DNA of 63,104 nt, filler included, from 7 parts of 7 records of this genome joined end to end with filler, not necessarily neighbours in it; one strand, 5' to 3'; shown: positions 28,195 through 40,139, counted from the first letter of the whole stretch. The notes: generated by a model not told the origin, from the sequence alone. A program made the numbers and translations.

Positions 28195-29088
28195 TTTCCT
28201 TTTTGATGTAGTTTCCAGTTTGGTTTTCTCGACGGACTTCCCTTCAGCCGAGTTGACGAGACTTCGATTGGGGCTGGTACTAACGTTCCTCTTGGGGTTC
28301 GGTTGCTTTCTACGGCGTGTTGATGTGCTTGGTGATCGACGGGGCTTCGATAGCCTCTTAGCTGGTGTGCGGCTGCGCTGGCGCTGAGTTGGGTCTGCTT
28401 TGGTTCGGGGGCGTGATATCCTCCTTGGAGAAACGGATCTGGGCATACTCCGTTTCAAGTACTCCTACGGCAAGACAAATCAAAACAATATTTTGTTCAG
28501 GTACTTTCTTATTTGGTTGCTGTCAACTTGCACGGGCCAGGAGGGTCCTGGTCCGTGCTTCACTCGCCAAATGCCGTGCGGCCGCCAGCAGCGATTGCCG
28601 CGCCCGCGGTTGTTGACTGGCGCTAGCCCAGGCGCGCGGGCCCCCCGGCCGCGCGCGGCCCCCGGCTGCCTCTAAATTTGGCAGCCGCCCCTACTCGACT
28701 TGGATTCCCTTTCAAGTTTCGGTGCCTGCGGCGGTTCCGACCGGACTCTCCGCTTGCGAAGGCGGGGCTTCCACGCTTAGGTTTCGAATCCTCTCATCAG
28801 TCCGTCCGTCATATAAGCATCTTATTCCAGAACACGACCACCATCTGGTTGGTTCAGAGGACGCCAGCACCATGGTGGCTCACCTCGGCCCCCACCCGGT
28901 CTCGCGACGAGGGGGCCGGGGCGGCCCCGTGTGCCGGCCCCGTAACCCTGACCCGGAGTTCTAGCCCCGCGGCCGTGACCACTTGTTGGCAGTGCTGGGA
29001 ATCCCATCGGTGATCGATGCCATCCCGTCCGGGTTTCACCAGCAACAAGTTCCACCAGCAATATCATCAGATTCTACACAGTGGAACA

Positions 29089-30739
29089 TCATTGAGGTGG
29101 CAAACAGTTGCCTATCTCATCAACAGGCGGGACGGGCGTTGCAAAGTATAGCCGTGGCGACCGGTTGCGATGTGTGCCTACTTGGATGTCATGGGCCGCC
29201 GATTTGATGAGGGTGTCCAAAGATGTTTTCGAAATATCCAGGACTTGTGCCGAGATGGCGGACTTCAAGATGCTATTTTCGGCCTGGTCAAAGTCCTTGT
29301 TGAAATATGCACGCACTCCAGCATAAGTAGTTTCCAGCATCTGCGATGGCCAATGCGGGCGTTTCCTCCTCCCAGCCTTCACTGCTTGGTTGAATTTTTT
29401 CATGAACTGTCGATCTGTTTCCTGACCATAAGCCTCGGATCCCGGAGCAATTTTCGGTTGCTCTTCCTTGAACCCAGCCGCAGCTTGCTCATCACGCATC
29501 TTCTTCTCAAATTCAGAGTAAAACACTGTTTTTGGTCGAGTGTTCTCGATAAAGGGAAGGTCTGTCGACCGTCGAGAATAAAGCATTCTCGTAGGCGCAC
29601 GATGCTCCTTCTCCCATATTTTCTTTTCTTCACGCGTGAGAGTTACATGTGCTGGGTTAACTCTGACAGCAGGCGTTTTCAACGAAGCCCTAGAGCTTCT
29701 CCTTGACTGGGCACGGGATGCACCTTGGGAAAAACCTCGGTTTGTTGCAGTATCTGCCTGGGAGTCAGGTCTGCTTATTCCGATCATTTCCATGCCTTTC
29801 CTCAGAATATCCTGGTCACAGTCAAATGGATTCCCTGTGATCGGTCTGCATTGTTCCCTTTGTGATGGTTGCTGCCCATTTGAGTCATCGTCTACTAGTC
29901 CATGGGCACCACCATAGAACATGTTATGAAACCCGACCTGGCTCCCCCGTGTTGGGCGGGCTGTGGCCGGAACCTCTCCTGGGGTAATGTCCGATATGGT
30001 AATGCGTTTCGCCCTTTCTGTCATAGATCCACTTCCAAGATCAAGTTCTGGAATGCTTGCACCCGAGACACGAGACTTCCTAGCGGCAGGAGAGGGGCTG
30101 CCTTGAAGGGCGGATTCACGCCCTTCACGCCCCTGACCTTCAGCCGCATGAATGGGCGAGGCTGTCGTGTCATCACCAGATCGCTGGGAGTCATTACTGG
30201 CCCGCCGGTGATGGTGTGTTTTCGTTACACTAGCAATTTGGTTCTTCTGCTGGGCTGGTCTTAGATACCTTCTTTTTGGATCTAGTGGGAAGGCGTGAAT
30301 AATCAAGAATTTTCTGCGAGCCACTCAACTTACCAACTTTGACCATATCCTTCAAAGGTATGGAGCTCGCTGGCACACATGACTGAGTCAGCCATTCGAT
30401 TTCTTTTCAACTATACATACCTGGATTCTCCACGAAGCTGCTACGTTTCCTACTTTTCCGCAGCTGCTTTAACTCCATCCGGGTCTGCTTTCTCTCCCGA
30501 ATAATGGAGAATTCCCTTTCCTTGTGTTCGATAAGAGGGTAGGATAATACTTCTAGCTCTATTCTTTCGATTTCAGGAACCGTCCGGCATCCCATCGCCA
30601 CAACAGGGAAGTCATGTTCCACCCTACTGGATTCTATCGAGCGCGCTTCCCACAATGGGGTCGGGGCGGATGGGTGAGTATCTTTGGCGCCATACACATC
30701 CAGGTTAATGAAGTCATGCCTTTCTGTGGTTTGAGGCAT
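29089..30739 (-). CDS. hypothetical eukaryotic protein, probably multi-exon
   Basis: Long open frames 30407..30760 and 29089..30324 in the same orientation; exon limits uncertain. Confidence 0.5.
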
Positions 30740-32001
30740 TTTAGGTGTTAAAAGGAGCACTCTCGTCTGAACATCTACGTGCAGATAACTCTTGACTCAA
30801 GAAAAAAATCTCGACGTTGCTCACTGATTTATGCACGACAGTTCTCTGTGGAGACTCCGCAAGGGCTATCGGGCCTAGCACGAGTCTGCGGTCGTCGGCG
30901 TTCTGGCATGGTCAAGACGGGGGCTGTGGATGATGGCACTTCATGGGCCGCCGACAGACTCCCACGGCGAGCCCGGCCCAACCGATTCGAGTGCCATCAC
31001 CGTCCACTCCTGCTCCGCCAGTGAGGTCTCACCCAAGATTGGGTCCGAGGCCTCTGCACGCGATGACTGGATAGGAAGCTCCGGCAGCCGGGTGGACTCG
31101 GACGCTTGGACTACTATGCCGCGGGGAGTAGACGGGGGCGCCGACTGCGCGCCGCCAGCGCGCACGCACTCGTTTGCCGGCCAGTCGCCGGCCGCGGTGC
31201 ACCGGTTCGGTCCTCCGCCTACGGCACGGCCCAGCAACCGGCAGCCGGCCGCGGGGCGCCGCCACCGAGCGCCGGCCTCCGCGTCCGGTCCGAGGGCCGC
31301 CCGGTCCGGCATCGTGGAACGAGTCCGGGCCCGGCGCTTCACTGGCCGCCGACGCCGCGTGCGGCACTGCACACGGCGCCCCCGGTCCCAGTGCGGCGGC
31401 CGACTCGACTGAGTGACACGCCGTGCCGGGAGTCGCCGCCGCCGCGCGCTGGGGCGTACCGTCAAGGTGACGGCGGTAGGCCGGACTGCCGCCGTACCCA
31501 AGGCACCCTCTGACAGCCCTTCGCTGCCGGCGCACTCATCCATAACTCTAGGCCGCGTAGGTGGCCGGGTAAGGATCAGCCGTTTCAAGGATTTGGAACC
31601 AGAATATCCGACAGAGAATGAATTTATAGTGACATACAACAGCGGTCGTCATCAGTCAATTGGTTCCAGGCGGCCACAGGAAGGGGGAAAGTTGTAGCGA
31701 AAGTTCCCATTGTGAACAACCAACCTCGTATGATTGCTGAATCAGGACTCGGGTCAGACCGCCAAGCCACTGGCGCCATGTGAGTGTCGCTCATGGAGTG
31801 GTGGCGTTGCATCTATCCCCCGACAATTGGGCCGCTTCACTGAATCGGTGTCCTGTGAATCAGGCCGTCAAACAGTCCGACAATCATGTGGCTCAGCGCA
31901 GCCCTCTGAAGCTCTCGCTTTTGGCTCAGTTAGGTCTGGGTTGATCACCCAAACAGCACTGTCCAAGACGTCGAGACCCCCCCCCCCCCCCCCCCCCCCC
32001 C

Positions 32002-32101
32002 NNNNNNNNNNNNNNNNNNNNNNNNNNNNNNNNNNNNNNNNNNNNTTAATTAATTAANNNNNNNNNNNNNNNNNNNNNNNNNNNNNNNNNNNNNNNNNNN
32101 N
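32002..32101. other. artificial contig spacer
   Basis: N-run, TTAATTAATTAA, N-run. Confidence 0.99.
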
Positions 32102-32551
32102 GCTTCCTTGTAAAAAAATCATTTTACCATCCACAAAAGCTGCTTTCCCAGTTTCATTGATGTAACAGAGAATCGCATTTCGTGCAGCCTCAATATGAAA
32201 TGGCATCGATTCCTTGGTAAGCGGAATGTATTTTGCGCCAGAAGTAGTACCAGAAGTTTTAGCAAAATATAGTGGTTTTGCTGGCCAAAGCACGTCTTCT
32301 TCACCTGAAACCACACGGTCTACATACGGTTTTAGCGCTTCGTAATCACGAATGGGCACCTGCGTTGCAAAATCTTCAAATGAACTAATATTCTGAAAAC
32401 CGTGATCTTTTCCGAAGGCAGTATTTTTTGCTTTTGAAATTAATTCATTAAACACATTTTCTTGTGTTTTTACAGGGTTGTTAGCCCATTTTTGAATTCG
32501 GTTTACAACAATTTTTGCAAAGATTTTTGCGGCATTAGATTTTAGGGACAT
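32102..32551 (-). CDS. GH3 family acyl-adenylate protein (3' truncated)
   Basis: VPIRDYE and FAKTSGTTSGAKYIP. Confidence 0.88.
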
Positions 32552-32557
32552 AGGCTA

Positions 32558-33421
32558 TCAATCAAAATCGATGAAACTTGTAGGATTTATAGGGTAACCA
32601 TCTCGCCAAAGTTCAAAATGAAGGTGAGGCCCCGTAGTTAAATCGCCTGTATTGCCAACGGTGGCTATAACTTCTCCAGCTTTCACTATTTCGCCCTGTT
32701 CCTTGGTAAGCATTGCGTTGTGTTTGTATACGGAAATAAGGTTGTTGGTGTGTTTTACAATAATTACATACCCCGTTTGTCCTGTCCATTCCGAAAAAAT
32801 AACAGTTCCGTCTGCTACAGATTTCACAGGAGAATCTTTAGCTGTTACAACATCTACCGCATAATGTTTAGATTTAGAGTTGTAGGGTTCTGAAATAGCG
32901 CCTTTAACGGGTGCAAACAAGGCAAATTCTTGCACTTGTGGCGCTATAAGTGGATTGTATTTGTCCTCTTTGGCTACTTCTTGGCGTAAAAGGGAATCTT
33001 TTCTGGAAGTACGTATTAAAACAGAAGGATCGGTTTTAGCAACTTCAATTAATGAATCTTTATTGAAATCAATCGATTTTACGTCTCCTGTGAGCACTTT
33101 TCTAATCGAAGCAAGGTATTTTTCATTAAAATCTAGACTCCTTTGTAGCGAGTCTGTTTTGTACGTTAATTCAGTAGCTTTTTTCTTTAAAGTTGTAGAG
33201 GAATAGCCCGGAATATACTCACGAAGGGGTGTAAAAGCAATTATGTATGTGGTTGTAAGTATTAAAAACAAGGCAAAAAGTGTACTAAACACGAATACAT
33301 TTAATCTATTCAGTTTAAATGAGAAGCGTTCTTCAAAGGTTTCTTCATTTAAAATGACCAATCTGTATTTGTGTAATAACTTTCTTTTAAACCGCTTTGT
33401 TCCTTTCTCTTTGTTTGCCAT
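32558..33421 (-). CDS. M23 family peptidase
   Basis: HYAVD, YKHN and TTGPHLHFE motifs; N-terminal TM segment. Confidence 0.92.
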   Translation of the reverse strand: MANKEKGTKRFKRKLLHKYRLVILNEETFEERFSFKLNRLNVFVFSTLFALFLILTTTYIIAFTPLREYIPGYSSTTLKKKATELTYKTDSLQRSLDFNEKYLASIRKVLTGDVKSIDFNKDSLIEVAKTDPSVLIRTSRKDSLLRQEVAKEDKYNPLIAPQVQEFALFAPVKGAISEPYNSKSKHYAVDVVTAKDSPVKSVADGTVIFSEWTGQTGYVIIVKHTNNLISVYKHNAMLTKEQGEIVKAGEVIATVGNTGDLTTGPHLHFELWRDGYPINPTSFIDFD

Positions 33422-33511
33422 ACGTTGCAATTGCTTTTTACAAATATAAAATAAACTATAAGCACATACGCTAAAGTTAGCTTCAAAACGTTCTATCTAA
33501 ACATTTCTTGC

Positions 33512-33519
33512 TACATTTG
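33512..33519 (+). promoter_or_regulatory. Bacteroidota -7 promoter element (TAnnTTTG) for tatA
   Basis: TACATTTG; equivalent motifs at 33441-33448 (-, M23 gene), 37826-37833 (-, pgk) and 37925-37932 (+, holB). Confidence 0.7.
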
Positions 33520-33538
33520 CATAATTAAATTTAAAAAT

Positions 33539-33730
33539 ATGAGTGCATTATTTATTCCCTTAGGTGTTATAGGTCCATGGCAAATTGTATTGATTGTAGT
33601 TATAGTGCTACTTCTTTTTGGTGGAAAGAAAATACCAGAACTTATGCGTGGCTTAGGAAGTGGTCTTAAAGAATTTAAAGATGCTTCTAAAGAAGAATCA
33701 ACCGACACTAAAATTGACGATACTAAATAA
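33539..33730 (+). CDS. tatA: twin-arginine translocase TatA
   Basis: [24 protein letters not shown]. Confidence 0.95.
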   Translation: MSALFIPLGVIGPWQIVLIVVIVLLLFGGKKIPELMRGLGSGLKEFKDASKEESTDTKIDDTK

Positions 33731-33747
33731 AATTTATTTAGACACAT

Positions 33748-33787
33748 AAAAAAAGAGCCTTTCAGTAAACTGAAAGGCTCTTTTTTT
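33748..33787. terminator. bidirectional intrinsic terminator
   Basis: A7-GAGCCTTTCAG-TAAA-CTGAAAGGCTC-T7 between convergent genes. Confidence 0.9.
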
Positions 33788-33802
33788 ATCTTATTTCCAC
33801 AA

Positions 33803-34798
33803 CTATTCTAGCTTAGAACTCAACAAAATAGACTCCAACTCAAATTGTAGATCTCTTTTTGAAACAGAAGGAGCATAGGTAAATCCTTCAAGAATTAAAT
33901 AGCGATTGTTTTTTTCGTCTTTTACTGCAAAATTAATAAATGGCCCACCCATTAGAGCATCCTTTACTTCCCAGGTTCCCTTCGTTTCATATGCAAATTT
34001 ACCATCTATCGTGGTTTTAAATAGATACGGTGCATAGGCATCTTCTGTAATAAACTGGTCGTCATCTTCAACAGGTAAAAGTTTGCTGCCAATAGAATCT
34101 CTAATTTTTATAATATCCCCAACCGCAGTACTATCATTTTTAATTATACTTAGCGGAGTTTGATATACAAGTATGTTGGTGGTTCCGTCTTTTAAGTCTT
34201 TTCGTAACCAAAAAAAGCTGTCTGTAGCCTTTGCAATGCGGTATGCACTCGGTATTTTCATACTTACCCCCATAACATTCTTCAATGAATCTGTTTTCAT
34301 GAGTGAAATTGAGGTACGTCGCTGTCTTTCTTTTATCTCAGAATCATGGAAAGATGCTATTATTTTAGCTGAATTTTCATTTATTAATGCCACTAGTTTT
34401 TCTTCTGAAGTAGCTTTAATTAAAGATCCTGCCTGTGGTTTTGCATATTCATCTGTTGCAAGTGTTACTTTATCTTCATCGCTTAAAGTAACGTAAAGAA
34501 AAATTCTATTGCTACGTGCAAAGCCTGTAAATGCTTCTGGAGGCATTTGGTTCATTGAAAATAAAGGTTCGTCTTGTGGAAGACCATCTGTTGGTGCTGC
34601 AAAATTATTCCGTATTGCTTCCCCAACAATTCCATTCCAAAGGTCATTTGGTGTAATAATTACCAGTGAATTAATATTTCCAACAGAACTTGGAAGTAAT
34701 GATTTGTCTCGCTTTCCCCCTTCACCACAAGATGTAAGTGAAAAAATCAAGGAAAATAATACCAGAAAAGCAACTTTAGGTACAGATAAAAAATTCAT
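33803..34798 (-). CDS. DUF4837-like lipoprotein
   Basis: Lipobox SLTSC; GLPQDEPLF, GTWEV, MGGPF and YAPS..KR motifs; usual position after mltD in Bacteroidota. Confidence 0.75.
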   Translation of the reverse strand: MNFLSVPKVAFLVLFSLIFSLTSCGEGGKRDKSLLPSSVGNINSLVIITPNDLWNGIVGEAIRNNFAAPTDGLPQDEPLFSMNQMPPEAFTGFARSNRIFLYVTLSDEDKVTLATDEYAKPQAGSLIKATSEEKLVALINENSAKIIASFHDSEIKERQRRTSISLMKTDSLKNVMGVSMKIPSAYRIAKATDSFFWLRKDLKDGTTNILVYQTPLSIIKNDSTAVGDIIKIRDSIGSKLLPVEDDDQFITEDAYAPYLFKTTIDGKFAYETKGTWEVKDALMGGPFINFAVKDEKNNRYLILEGFTYAPSVSKRDLQFELESILLSSKLE

Positions 34799-34866
34799 TT
34801 TTAATTGTTTAAATCTGAAATTAAAATTTAGGGATAGATGTCGCATTAAAAGGATGTTTTTAGGAA

Positions 34867-36435
34867 CTATCCTTTATATATTTTAAGTTTAGTTCCGGGC
34901 TTCAATTTAGTACCACTAATATCGTTCCATTTTTTTATATTCTGTACTGAAACTCCAGGAAATTTCTGTGAAATGCTCCATAATGAATCTCCACTACGTA
35001 CAGTATATGTTTTTTCGGAAGTATTATTCTGACTTGAAGGTGTTTGACTACTAGCAATATCTTGACTACTATTTTTAGGATAAATAATTAAATTTTGACC
35101 TACTCTTAGATTATTACTTCGCATGCCGTTCCAGCCTTTAATTTGACTAACGCCCACTCCGTATCTTTCAGCAATTTTACCTAAATAATCGCCTCTTTTT
35201 ACACGATACCTAATTTTTGAAGGTTGTTCAAATAACTCTGGAAGTGGTTTTTCAGCTTCTTCCAATTCTTTTTGAGCAAAAGCATAAATAGCTTCTTCAT
35301 TAGTAACAAAGGTTCCCACAGAGGTAAGTGGAAGGCGTAATACATAGTTTTCGCCACTGATAACTGGAATAATACCCAATTTATATGAAGGATTCAAAAA
35401 TTCAAGCTCTTCTTTATCTAGATTGGCTAGTTTTGAAACTTGCTCTAATGTAATCTGTTGTCTTATTTTAATAGTATCTGTAGCTACATACGGAATTCTA
35501 GGTCCTTGTTTTTTAAACCCGTGTTCCTGCGCATATTCAAAAATATACATGGTTGCCAAAAATGCTGGCACATAACCTGCTGTTTCACGAGGAAGATAGC
35601 TTCTTAAATTCCAATAATTTGTTTTTCCTCCTGAACGACGAATTGCTTTTGAAACATTTCCAGGTCCCGAATTGTATGCCGCAAGAGCTAAATCCCAATC
35701 ATTAAAACTAGCATTAAGGCTTTTTAAGTATTTACAAGCAGCCTCCGTAGCCATAATAGGGTCTGAGCGTTCGTCTACATACGAGTTTACATCTAACCCA
35801 AACATTTTTCCGGTAGGGTACATAAATTGCCATAAGCCAGTTGCACCAACTCTTGAACGTGCACGTGGATTTAATGCAGATTCAACAATTGCTAGGTATT
35901 TTAACTCTAAAGGAAGATTATGTTTGTCTAATTCCTGCTCAAACATCGGGAAATAATATTCACTTAAACCCATTAAACGCTCTAATGAGCCTCTTCGGTT
36001 TTTTAAATATTGTTTAATCACACTTTCAAGAGAAGGATTGTATTCTACTTTAAAAGGGGTACGCGCATCAAGATCTTTAAGGCGTTGTTTTAACACCTCA
36101 GTTGGAAGCTCTTCATAATCTACAGCTTCATAATCTTGGTTTGCCACACTATTATAAATATCATCAAAAAGATCTGATTTATAGAGCTCTTTTAACCACA
36201 GGCTGTCTTTTTTTCTAGCCAGTGCCATATCTTTTAAATCATAGATGATTGTATCTTTAACACCTGCTGCAATTGCAACGGTAGGTAATTCGGAGGCAAT
36301 TTTTGTAACTTTTAAAGAGTCTACAATTTGAACTTTTGTAGTGTTAAGCTTTTCGCTTGTGTTTTTAGCTTTTTGGGCAAAACCCATACTGAAGACCATC
36401 ATCAGTATAAGTGGGAGCATTTTGTTTAGTTTCAT
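34867..36435 (-). CDS. mltD: lytic transglycosylase with two LysM domains
   Basis: IVESAL, ATGLWQFM and LAAYNSG SLT motifs; YRVKRGD and YTVRSGD LysM repeats. Confidence 0.92.
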   Translation of the reverse strand: MKLNKMLPLILMMVFSMGFAQKAKNTSEKLNTTKVQIVDSLKVTKIASELPTVAIAAGVKDTIIYDLKDMALARKKDSLWLKELYKSDLFDDIYNSVANQDYEAVDYEELPTEVLKQRLKDLDARTPFKVEYNPSLESVIKQYLKNRRGSLERLMGLSEYYFPMFEQELDKHNLPLELKYLAIVESALNPRARSRVGATGLWQFMYPTGKMFGLDVNSYVDERSDPIMATEAACKYLKSLNASFNDWDLALAAYNSGPGNVSKAIRRSGGKTNYWNLRSYLPRETAGYVPAFLATMYIFEYAQEHGFKKQGPRIPYVATDTIKIRQQITLEQVSKLANLDKEELEFLNPSYKLGIIPVISGENYVLRLPLTSVGTFVTNEEAIYAFAQKELEEAEKPLPELFEQPSKIRYRVKRGDYLGKIAERYGVGVSQIKGWNGMRSNNLRVGQNLIIYPKNSSQDIASSQTPSSQNNTSEKTYTVRSGDSLWSISQKFPGVSVQNIKKWNDISGTKLKPGTKLKIYKG

Positions 36436-36622
36436 CAGCTTATTTATTGCTTTTGGGGATAAGGCAAACTCGCCTGATTAATACATTTTTAGAGGAATTA
36501 CAGTTAAATTTTCTAAAAACTGAAACGTCTTTTTAAATAAAAGATTTTATCAAAATTAGTTAATTCACGAAATTAAGCAAATTTTTTACGCGTAGCAGCT
36601 AATATACTGGTATTTAACTTTT

Positions 36623-37807
36623 CTACATTAATGCTTTTATTCCCGGAAGTGTCTTTCCTTCAAGCATTTCTAACATAGCACCACCACCTGTTGAAACATA
36701 ACTTACTTTATCTCTTAAGTTAAATTTTTGAACCGCAGCTACTGAATCTCCACCGCCAACTAATGAAAATGTACCGTTTTGAGTTGCTTTCGCAATGTTT
36801 TTTCCTAGCACAATGGTTCCTTCAGCAAATTTTTCCAATTCAAAAACTCCTACGGGACCATTCCATAAAATAGTTTTAGAATCAGTAATTACTTTGGCGA
36901 AAAGTTCATTTGTTTCTGGGCCTACATCAAGTCCCATCCAGCCTTCAGGGATATCAGCTACACTTTCAATTCGTGTGTTGGCTGTTTCAGAAAAACCATC
37001 TGCAATTATAGCGTCTATTGGTAAATGTACAGCTACATTCTTCTTTTTTGCTTCTTCCAGAATTTCTAAAGCAAGATCTTGCTTGTCATCCTCAACAAGT
37101 GAACTTCCTATTTTTCCACCCAATGCTTTTACAAAAGTGAACGCCATTCCACCACCAATAATTAAATGATCTATTTTATCTAAAATATTTTCAATTATTG
37201 TAATTTTTGAAGAGACTTTTGCGCCTCCAATAATAGCAGTAACAGGCTTTTCGCTTGTTTCTAAAACTTTTTTTACATTTTCAATTTCAGAAGCAAGTAA
37301 CAATCCCAGACATTTATTTTCTGGGAAAAATTTAGCAATAATAGCTGTTGAAGCATGTGTTCTATGCGCAGTTCCAAAGGCATCATTTACATAAACATCA
37401 CCAAATTTTGATAGTTTTTCAGCAAAATCAAGATCTCCTTTTGTTTCTTCTTCATAATAACGCAGGTTTTCTAGTAAAAGAATTTCACCAGATTTCAAAT
37501 TTGAAACCATTTCAGAAGCAGTTTGATTTATACAATCAGCAGCAAATTTTACTTGAACGCCCAAAACATCAGACAAAGGTTTTACAATATGCTTTAATGA
37601 AAACTCATTTTCATTATTTTTTGGCCTTCCTAGGTGAGACATTAAAATACAGCTTCCACCATCTTCCAAAATCTTCAAAATAGTAGGTTTTGCGGCACGA
37701 ATTCTCGTGTCGTCAGTTATAGTGAAAGAATCATCTAAAGGAACATTAAAATCCACTCTAATTAATGCCTTTTTCCCTTTGAAATCTATGTCATTTACCG
37801 TTTTCAT
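36623..37807 (-). CDS. pgk: phosphoglycerate kinase
   Basis: [28 protein letters not shown] and STGGGA. Confidence 0.98.
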   Translation of the reverse strand: MKTVNDIDFKGKKALIRVDFNVPLDDSFTITDDTRIRAAKPTILKILEDGGSCILMSHLGRPKNNENEFSLKHIVKPLSDVLGVQVKFAADCINQTASEMVSNLKSGEILLLENLRYYEEETKGDLDFAEKLSKFGDVYVNDAFGTAHRTHASTAIIAKFFPENKCLGLLLASEIENVKKVLETSEKPVTAIIGGAKVSSKITIIENILDKIDHLIIGGGMAFTFVKALGGKIGSSLVEDDKQDLALEILEEAKKKNVAVHLPIDAIIADGFSETANTRIESVADIPEGWMGLDVGPETNELFAKVITDSKTILWNGPVGVFELEKFAEGTIVLGKNIAKATQNGTFSLVGGGDSVAAVQKFNLRDKVSYVSTGGGAMLEMLEGKTLPGIKALM

Positions 37808-37935
37808 ATGCTAAAATTTTAAGTGCAAATATACTTTTTTGAATTTTAAAATAATTTTAATCCTTTTTAAAAATTCCGAAGTTTTATAAAATACTTCTTA
37901 CAAAAAAGAAAGTTCAAAATTGATTAGATTTGCGC

Positions 37936-39090
37936 ATGGATTTTTCAGAAGTAATAGGGCAAGAGCATATAAAATCGCATCTTTTAACAACCGTAAAAAA
38001 CGGGCGGATTCCGCATGCTCAGCTGTTTTCGGGAGTAAATGGAAGTGGCCTTTTACCTATGGCAATTGCTTATGCTTCGCAATTATTGTGTAGCCAATAC
38101 GAAGAAGGAAGTCCTGAATATAATTCTTGTAAAAACAAGGTTTCAAAATTAGCGCATCCAGATTTGCACTTTGTTTACCCTGTAAATACGAGTGATGCTA
38201 TAAAGAAAAATGCAATTTCAGATAATTATGCTGAAGCATGGCGCAATTTTGTTTTTAATAACCCCTACGCTTCTCTTTTTGAATGGCTTCAAAGCATTGG
38301 AATTGAAAAAAAACAAGGAAATATTAGCAAATATGAAGCTGAAAATATTTCAAAAAAGCTAGCGTTAAAGGCTTTCGAAGGAGGTTATAAAGTGTTAATT
38401 ATGTGGATGGCAGACAGTATGAATGGAGAATGTGCCAACAAAATTCTGAAATTAGTAGAAGAACCCTCAGACAAAACAGTACTTATTCTACTAACTGAAA
38501 AAGAAGAGCAAATAATCACAACAATACGTTCTCGCTGCCAGCAGCTTACTTTTCCTTTACTATCTGAGACAGATATTGCTGAAAATTTGATAAAAAAGCT
38601 AGAAATTAATGAAAATCTAGCGCTTTTAACTGCTCGCAGATCGCAAGGTGATTTCAATAAAGCTTTGCAACTCCTTGAAGAAACTGGAGATGAAGAAGTT
38701 TTTGAAAAATGGTTTATTAGCTGGGTTCGAACCGCTTTTAGAGCAAAAGGAAATAAAGGAGCGATTAATAATTTATTGGCTTGGAGCGATGAACTTTCGG
38801 GTCAAGGTCGTGAAACGCAAAAGAAATTTTTATTTTACTGTATTGAAGCTTTTAGACAAGCACTTTTAAAAAATTATAAAGCAGATTCACTTTTATTTTT
38901 TGAAGCAAAAGATAAAAGTTTCTCACTCCCTAAATTTGCACCTTTTGTTCATCAAAATAATATTTTTGAAATTACGAAAACAATTGAAGATGCTTCTTAC
39001 CACATTGAACGAAATGGTAATGCCAAAATTATTTTTACAGACCTTTCTATTAAATTAACGCGACTTATACACAAGTCAGAGATAGCATAA
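37936..39090 (+). CDS. holB: DNA polymerase III delta' subunit
   Basis: IPHAQLF, HPDLHF, ANKILKLVEEP and TIRSRCQ. Confidence 0.9.
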   Translation: MDFSEVIGQEHIKSHLLTTVKNGRIPHAQLFSGVNGSGLLPMAIAYASQLLCSQYEEGSPEYNSCKNKVSKLAHPDLHFVYPVNTSDAIKKNAISDNYAEAWRNFVFNNPYASLFEWLQSIGIEKKQGNISKYEAENISKKLALKAFEGGYKVLIMWMADSMNGECANKILKLVEEPSDKTVLILLTEKEEQIITTIRSRCQQLTFPLLSETDIAENLIKKLEINENLALLTARRSQGDFNKALQLLEETGDEEVFEKWFISWVRTAFRAKGNKGAINNLLAWSDELSGQGRETQKKFLFYCIEAFRQALLKNYKADSLLFFEAKDKSFSLPKFAPFVHQNNIFEITKTIEDASYHIERNGNAKIIFTDLSIKLTRLIHKSEIA

Positions 39091-39234
39091 GTAATCTCTA
39101 TAGTATTTAAAACCACAATAGTTTTGTCTTATTAAATATTGCTTGTTTTCCTTGGTTTTTAAAGAGAATCTCCAAAAAGATAACTTACGAGTCTACAAAT
39201 CAACTAAAGTGCTGTAAAAAGGCTTAAAAACAGC

Positions 39235-40080
39235 TTATTTTGTTTTTTTAAAGCAATAAATGTGTGAAGAATACTCTTTTGTGTTTACAGCTTTTAAATT
39301 AGATAGCAAACCAATCCAAATTGCTTTAATAGAAAATTTATTTCCGCTTTTATACTTTTCCGAAAGTAAGCTTACATAAAAAGAATCGAAAACCATTGGT
39401 TCAATTTTTTGCAGCTCAAATTCTTTTGAAAAAAAATGTTTAATTGCCTTTTTAGAAAAATGCCACAAATGTCTAGGCACATCAAAAGCTGCCCAAAATT
39501 TTCCGTAATGCGTTGCATCAAAACTTTTAAAATTTGGAACTGCAATTAAAAGCACGCCATTTGCTTTTACTAAATTTGATAATTCCTCAATAGTTTCTTC
39601 CAAATTTGGAATATGTTCAAGTACATGCCATAAAGTAACAACATCAAATTGCACTCCTTCAAAATCATTTAGTGACGGTTTTAAATCAATTCCTTTCTCA
39701 GAAGATAATGTTGCGGCATTTTTATTAGGTTCCATTCCAGAAACCTTCCATCCTTTTTCTTTTGCAACTTTTAGAAAATCTCCAGTTCCTGCACCAATAT
39801 CTAGTAACGTCCCAACACCATTATTTTGTTTACAAATAAGATTGGCTTTTTTATTTAAAGACCACTTTTTTACTATTTGATATAAGTAAGCTATTAATCC
39901 ACGCTTTTCGTCTGTGTGTGAAATGTAGTCTTGGCTTTCATAATATTTAGAAAGATCTTCTTTTTTTGGCTGTGGAGATGTTCTTAAAAAATCTAAATTT
40001 TCATCATGTATCAAACTGAAAGATTCGTCTGAAACTAAATAATCTTTGACTTTTAAATATATTTTCGGGTTGGTTTCCAA
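39235..40080 (-). CDS. class I SAM-dependent methyltransferase
   Basis: LLDIGAGTG, FDVVTLWHVLEH and DVPRHLWHF. Confidence 0.9.
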   Translation of the reverse strand: METNPKIYLKVKDYLVSDESFSLIHDENLDFLRTSPQPKKEDLSKYYESQDYISHTDEKRGLIAYLYQIVKKWSLNKKANLICKQNNGVGTLLDIGAGTGDFLKVAKEKGWKVSGMEPNKNAATLSSEKGIDLKPSLNDFEGVQFDVVTLWHVLEHIPNLEETIEELSNLVKANGVLLIAVPNFKSFDATHYGKFWAAFDVPRHLWHFSKKAIKHFFSKEFELQKIEPMVFDSFYVSLLSEKYKSGNKFSIKAIWIGLLSNLKAVNTKEYSSHIYCFKKTK

Positions 40081-40117
40081 AGAAAAAATTTATGAAGATT
40101 ATGAATTAATATTGAAT

Positions 40118-40133
40118 TGTTCCACGTGAAACA
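40118..40133. promoter_or_regulatory. parS: parS centromere site
   Basis: TGTTCCACGTGAAACA matches the consensus TGTTNCACGTGAAACA exactly; intergenic, next to mnmG. Confidence 0.9.
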
Positions 40134-40139
40134 ATTTAG

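Noticed and set aside
31977-32001. Poly-C run at the contig end
   Set aside because: Likely a sequencing or assembly artefact (poly-G tail)
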